Below, in pieces: positions 59,794 to 64,000 of a stretch of 64,000 bases of DNA. The position numbers and the translations under genes are program-made. Source of the stretch: Cladosporium halotolerans (taxonomy: Eukaryota); NCBI RefSeq assembly GCF_011745625.1, contig NW_027191472.1, forward strand, positions 1 through 64,000. Reading direction: 5' to 3'. Each line of letters opens with the position of its first letter. The first letter of the stretch is position 1. The notes under the pieces are model-generated. The model had not been told where the DNA came from and did no database searches. It was given only the letters and a program-made list of their open reading frames with translations.

Positions 59794-60513
59794 AAAATGC
59801 GAGTGTAAAGGCGTCAACAAGGCTTAGGATCGATCGTTGTCTCACTTTGGTATATAGTAACAGTTCTTCGTATACGTCGTGTCCATGGCTTGGCCGCCAT
59901 CTCTCAACGGCGGGTGGCAACAGTCCTTGGTATGCGTCATTCGACAGTAGCTCAGTAGGTAGGTTCAATCGAGACCAGCTCAAATACTCACCGATCTGGC
60001 GTATTTAGCCTACAAACCCTTCGTTTCCAGAACAGCCATGTAACGACGCTTCAGAATCTCGTTCCAGAATGCCAGGTCGCTCTGCACCACTTCTGTCTCC
60101 TCCGCCCGAAGCAGCTTATTGAGTTCTCGAAGCAGTTGCCATGCTGGAAATTTCCGCGAGTAGATGCGAAGCGGCAAAGAGTGTAGAGAAGTAGAGGAGT
60201 GTAACTAATTGATTTCGAAAGGCCGTACTTCGTATGAAACCCTTTGTCAAACATCCCTTGCAAACCCCTCCCTGGCCTCTGCACGAAGCTTCCCAGCTGC
60301 ATACATGAGCTCTCTGCGACACCTCAGCTTGAAGTAATCCTTGTTCGTCATTCCACTCAATCATTGGATGACCGTCAGTAGGAGAAAGGCCTGTGCCAGG
60401 CTCGCACCAAAATGCAGTTACCCATCGTTGCGCCGTCACCAAACCCCGAATATCTGTGCTCATCGCCTTACTTGTGGTACCCAAAGCTCGCCCGTATCCA
60501 TCATTTTCCCACA

Positions 60514-61330
60514 TCACAAGAAGCCGAACCTTTTCTTCTTTGGCGACACCACAGCCGCACCAGACTCCTTCAAGGCGCTCTTTGTCCGTTTTTTCTCCCT
60601 CCTCGCGCTGAAGCACGTGAACGTGACGATAATCATAGCAAAGAAGAGTAGCACAAATGCAGCGCACAAGCACCAAATCGCCGATGCGAAGTAAGCGCGG
60701 GCACCTGACCGGTCATTGTTCACATGGTGGCGCAGGATGCCGAACATGCTGAAATCGGTCGCGAGGACGGCCAAGCACAGCACCCAGGCGACGAACGCTG
60801 CCAGCACGCCGAAGAGGGAGCCGACCACGCCGGAGCCGATGGAGACTATCCATGCGATGAAGGCAATGCCGCACGCGACTGGGTGCAGGACCATTGTTCG
60901 AGTGAAGCTTGTAGAGGTCCCGGCTTCGACTTCGTTGAGTTCGCTTTGACCGGTGGCGGCGATGACGTGTGCGGGTGCGTAGCCAATGTGTCGGCCGGTG
61001 CACCAGTCTGGCGAGTCTCTGTTGCCAAGTCAGTACTGTGTTCTTGGTGAGATCTGAAGCTGCTTACTCTTGAGGTCCTGCATTGAGAATGCAGTATCCG
61101 AACGTCCCAAAGCTGATGGTTGAATTATGATGTGCTTGGGTGCCGTTGTTCAGATGGACCTTAAGAAGCCCGACAGTGTTCCATATTGGTGCTGAGATGG
61201 TGGTTATGAGGAGAAGTATCGATGCAGCAAAGAGAAAGAAGACGCCGATCCTGGTGGAAGAGATCAGCTACGGCATTTCCGGAATCACAAGACAACTGGC
61301 ATACCAGTGAGTCCTTCTTGCTAGAGCCAT
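60514..61330 (-). CDS. PalI/Rim9/SUR7 family membrane protein (3 exons)
   Basis: Manual splicing gives MALARRTHWIGVFFLFAASILLLITTISAPIW...SFGTFGYC...CTGRHIGY...MVLHPVACGIAFIA, the PalI-type signature. Confidence 0.88.
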
Positions 61331-62375
61331 ATTTTGCAGCGTCGGTGGAGGTGATCGTCCACTTAGGGATCGAAAGGGCTTGGAGAAAAAAGGAGCGTCG
61401 GGAGCGAAAGGCGCCCACGATTCGATCAAGAGGAATGATGGGCACGCTGGCATGCACCACTGTCGCGTCGCACATGACGTGGCTCTGGCTACACCGACGC
61501 GTACAATCAAGGAACACATGCCGCACAGCATGGACGAGCCGACTAGTTTCTGCCATTGTTCGTGGTGAGGGTCAGTGGATGAACGATATTCCACGCTTCA
61601 TCATACAACGTGAGGCAGTTGGAAGTCGTTTGGGTCGCACCACCAGGCAACCAAACGCGCCAACTCACATACCAACCTGACATAATCATCGCAGCCTTCA
61701 CCTCCATCGACAAAGACACTGACTTGAACTCGAGCTCAGATGGACCAGAGCCCATCTAACTTCTTTAGCCAGTGAGAGTTTCACGTCGTTCACGGAGTTT
61801 TCCTGTTCGATGCTTTTTGACCTGTATCCATGGAGTGTGTTAACTCTTCAAGACGAATTACGGCCGTCAAGTCATACTTTCGAGAATGAGTGAGCGACAG
61901 GGTGATGTGTGAGTCAGTGCAGATGTTGAGACAGCCATGGAGCCGCAATCAGCATGAGAGAAGAAGAGCGAGTCTTGACCGTTCGCCAAAATATCCGCTG
62001 AAATACCTTTGGCGCCGCATGGATCGCCGTTATATTCGCTGATACCGGCTACGCCTGTGGCCTCGCTAAAATTTTCGCTGCACGCTCTGCCAGCGGCGGC
62101 AATTCCCCGCCACGAACAAGGTTTGCGTCTAGCCATCGAAACAGACCAACTCACTTCTGGCCACTTCCCCATGGGGCTCCTCACGGGGCCCCAGGCCATG
62201 TCCACCGACCTTGAACAACGCTCCGAGATTTGCTATATAATGCACTCGTTCCTACTCACCAGAAGGGACATTGCTCAAGGCAACAGTTCCTCATCTTCAA
62301 CAGCATCTCTAACACAAGCATCCCTCCTCTCCATTTGTCAGTAAACCTGCGACTTTACGACGCCCTCATTTCACT

Positions 62376-64000
62376 ATGGCAGAGACACGTACTTTTTCGA
62401 TATCCGGCGATAGAGAGCCTCAACGCGATGAGAGCATTGCGGCACAAGATCTTTCTCACCTCGCCCGCATCGACACCGCCGTTGCGGCCGAGGCTGCGAG
62501 AGCCACGCAGTCCGAAGTCTCCATGACTTTGCTGCAGGGCATCAAGACCTATCCGCATGCCATCGCTTGGTCTGTTCTAGTGTCTACCTGCATCATCGTA
62601 AGTCAAACACTTCGCGGCTTTGTGGCATGTGACCCTGTGGCTGACATCCGCGTCAGATGGAAGGTTTTCAAATCGTCCTCATCAACTCTCTCATGGCGCT
62701 TCCGGCTTTTCAAATTCGCTTTGGCGAGCCATCGGCCGAAGGTGGTTATCAGCTCAGTGCAGCATGGCAATCTGGACTATCCAACGGAGCCTTGGTCGGT
62801 GAGATTATCGGACTCTTCATAGTCGGCTACATCGTCGAGCGAATCGGATACAAGAAGACGATGATCGGCGCATTGGCCCTTGTTACCTGCTTTATCTTCA
62901 TTGTATTCTTTGCTCAGAGTCTACCGATGCTGCTTGTCGGCGAGATTCTCATGGGTATTCCATGGTCAGTCCATGACGAAATCGGTGACAGTTGCGAGCA
63001 GGAAAGGTTCTAATCGTCTTGCAGGGGCGCTTTCCAAACTCTGACGACTACGTACGCCGCTGAAGTCTGTCCAGTGAGCTTGCGCGCATATCTCACCACC
63101 TACGTCAACCTCTGCTGGGTCATCGGCCAATTCTTATCTTCTGCCGTGTTGAAGGGCGTTGCCAACGAGACCGGGCCTCTCGGATACAAGCTGCCCTATG
63201 GACTTCAATGGATCTGGCCTGTTCCACTGATCGTCGGCATTGCGCTTGCTCCCGAGTCACCTTGGTGGCTCGTCCGAAAGGGTCGCTTTGAAGAAGCCAA
63301 GACGCAAGTCCTCCGACTGACCTCCAAAAGCAAAGCCGACTCGTCTTTCAATCCCGATGAGACGGTCAACATGATGGTTTACACGAACGAGCTGGAGAAG
63401 GCGAGTACTAGTGGCGCAAGTTACTGGCATTGCTTCAAAGGGACGGATCTTCGACGCACGGAGATCGTCTGCATGGTCTGGGCCATCCAAACCCTTTGCG
63501 GCGCTTCTTCTTTCACTGGCTACTCGACCTACTTCTTCCAGCAAGCAGGCCTTGACGTCTCGGCTTCTTTCTCTATGTCGCTTGGCCAGTATGCACTGGG
63601 AGCTGTTGGCACCATTCTATCGTGGTTCTTGATGATCAAATTCGGGCGGCGAACACTGTACCTCTGGGGTCAGATCGCAATGGTCTGTCTTTTGGCGATC
63701 GTTGGCTTCCTGGGCATCGCACCGAGTTCTTTGGAGGGCGCCCAGTGGGGCATCGGTTCTATGATTTTGCTCTACACCTTCGTCTACGACATGACCGTCG
63801 GTCCCGTGTGGTGAGTCTCCATGGCAGCTCTTCGACAGCCTCAGACACTGACCGTACCACAGCTACTCCCTCGTGGCCGAGATCTCTTCTACTCGCCTGC
63901 GCAACAAGACCGTGGTCCTCGCCCGCAACCTCTACAATATTACTGGCATCGTTGCCAACGTCCTCACTCCCCACATGCTCAACCCGGACGCATGGAACTG
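62376..64000 (+). CDS. Sugar porter, maltose/alpha-glucoside permease-like (3' end outside window)
   Basis: IVERIGYKKT, TYAAEVCPVSLRAYLTTYVNLCW, PESPWWLVRKG, CFKGTDLRRTEI and YSLVAEISSTRLRNKTVVLARN. Canonical introns. Confidence 0.93.

Noticed and set aside
46300..59900. Starship or other mobile element carrying the giant gene
   Set aside because: No tyrosine recombinase (DUF3435), transposase, terminal repeats or target-site duplication is recognisable in the window.
59028..60008. 326-aa ORF in the ORF track
   Set aside because: Non-ATG call spanning a TATA box, with a translation lacking protein-like features. The nested 118-aa ORF is the better candidate.

Overview
Gene-dense, intron-containing fungal DNA. 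GT-AG introns with CTRAC branch points and the gene content point to a filamentous ascomycete, probably a Dothideomycete (inference). About 21 protein-coding loci are supported: a hot-dog thioesterase (partial), a Zn2Cys6 transcription factor, two secreted proteins, Cdc73, a PTR2 peptide transporter, a Ca2+/H+ exchanger, Ufe1/syntaxin-18, Mob3/phocein, PRMT3, two MFS transporters, a PHD protein, aldose 1-epimerase, a COG7-like protein, a PARP-E2 fusion, a PTH11-like receptor, a PalI/SUR7 protein, an alpha-glucoside permease (partial) and several hypotheticals. Three observations stand out. (1) An unannotated, highly structured ~200-nt RNA gene candidate at 5053-5259 has a TATA box, A- and B-box-like motifs, a closing stem and an oligo-T terminator, yet does not fold as a tRNA. 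(2) A ~9.3-kb giant gene (DUF3638/DUF3645-type) carries a SecA-like SF2 ATPase motif set and is broken by one frameshift and one in-frame TGA. (3) A PARP-catalytic/ubiquitin-E2 fusion protein. All identifications come from motif recognition by eye; no searches were run.
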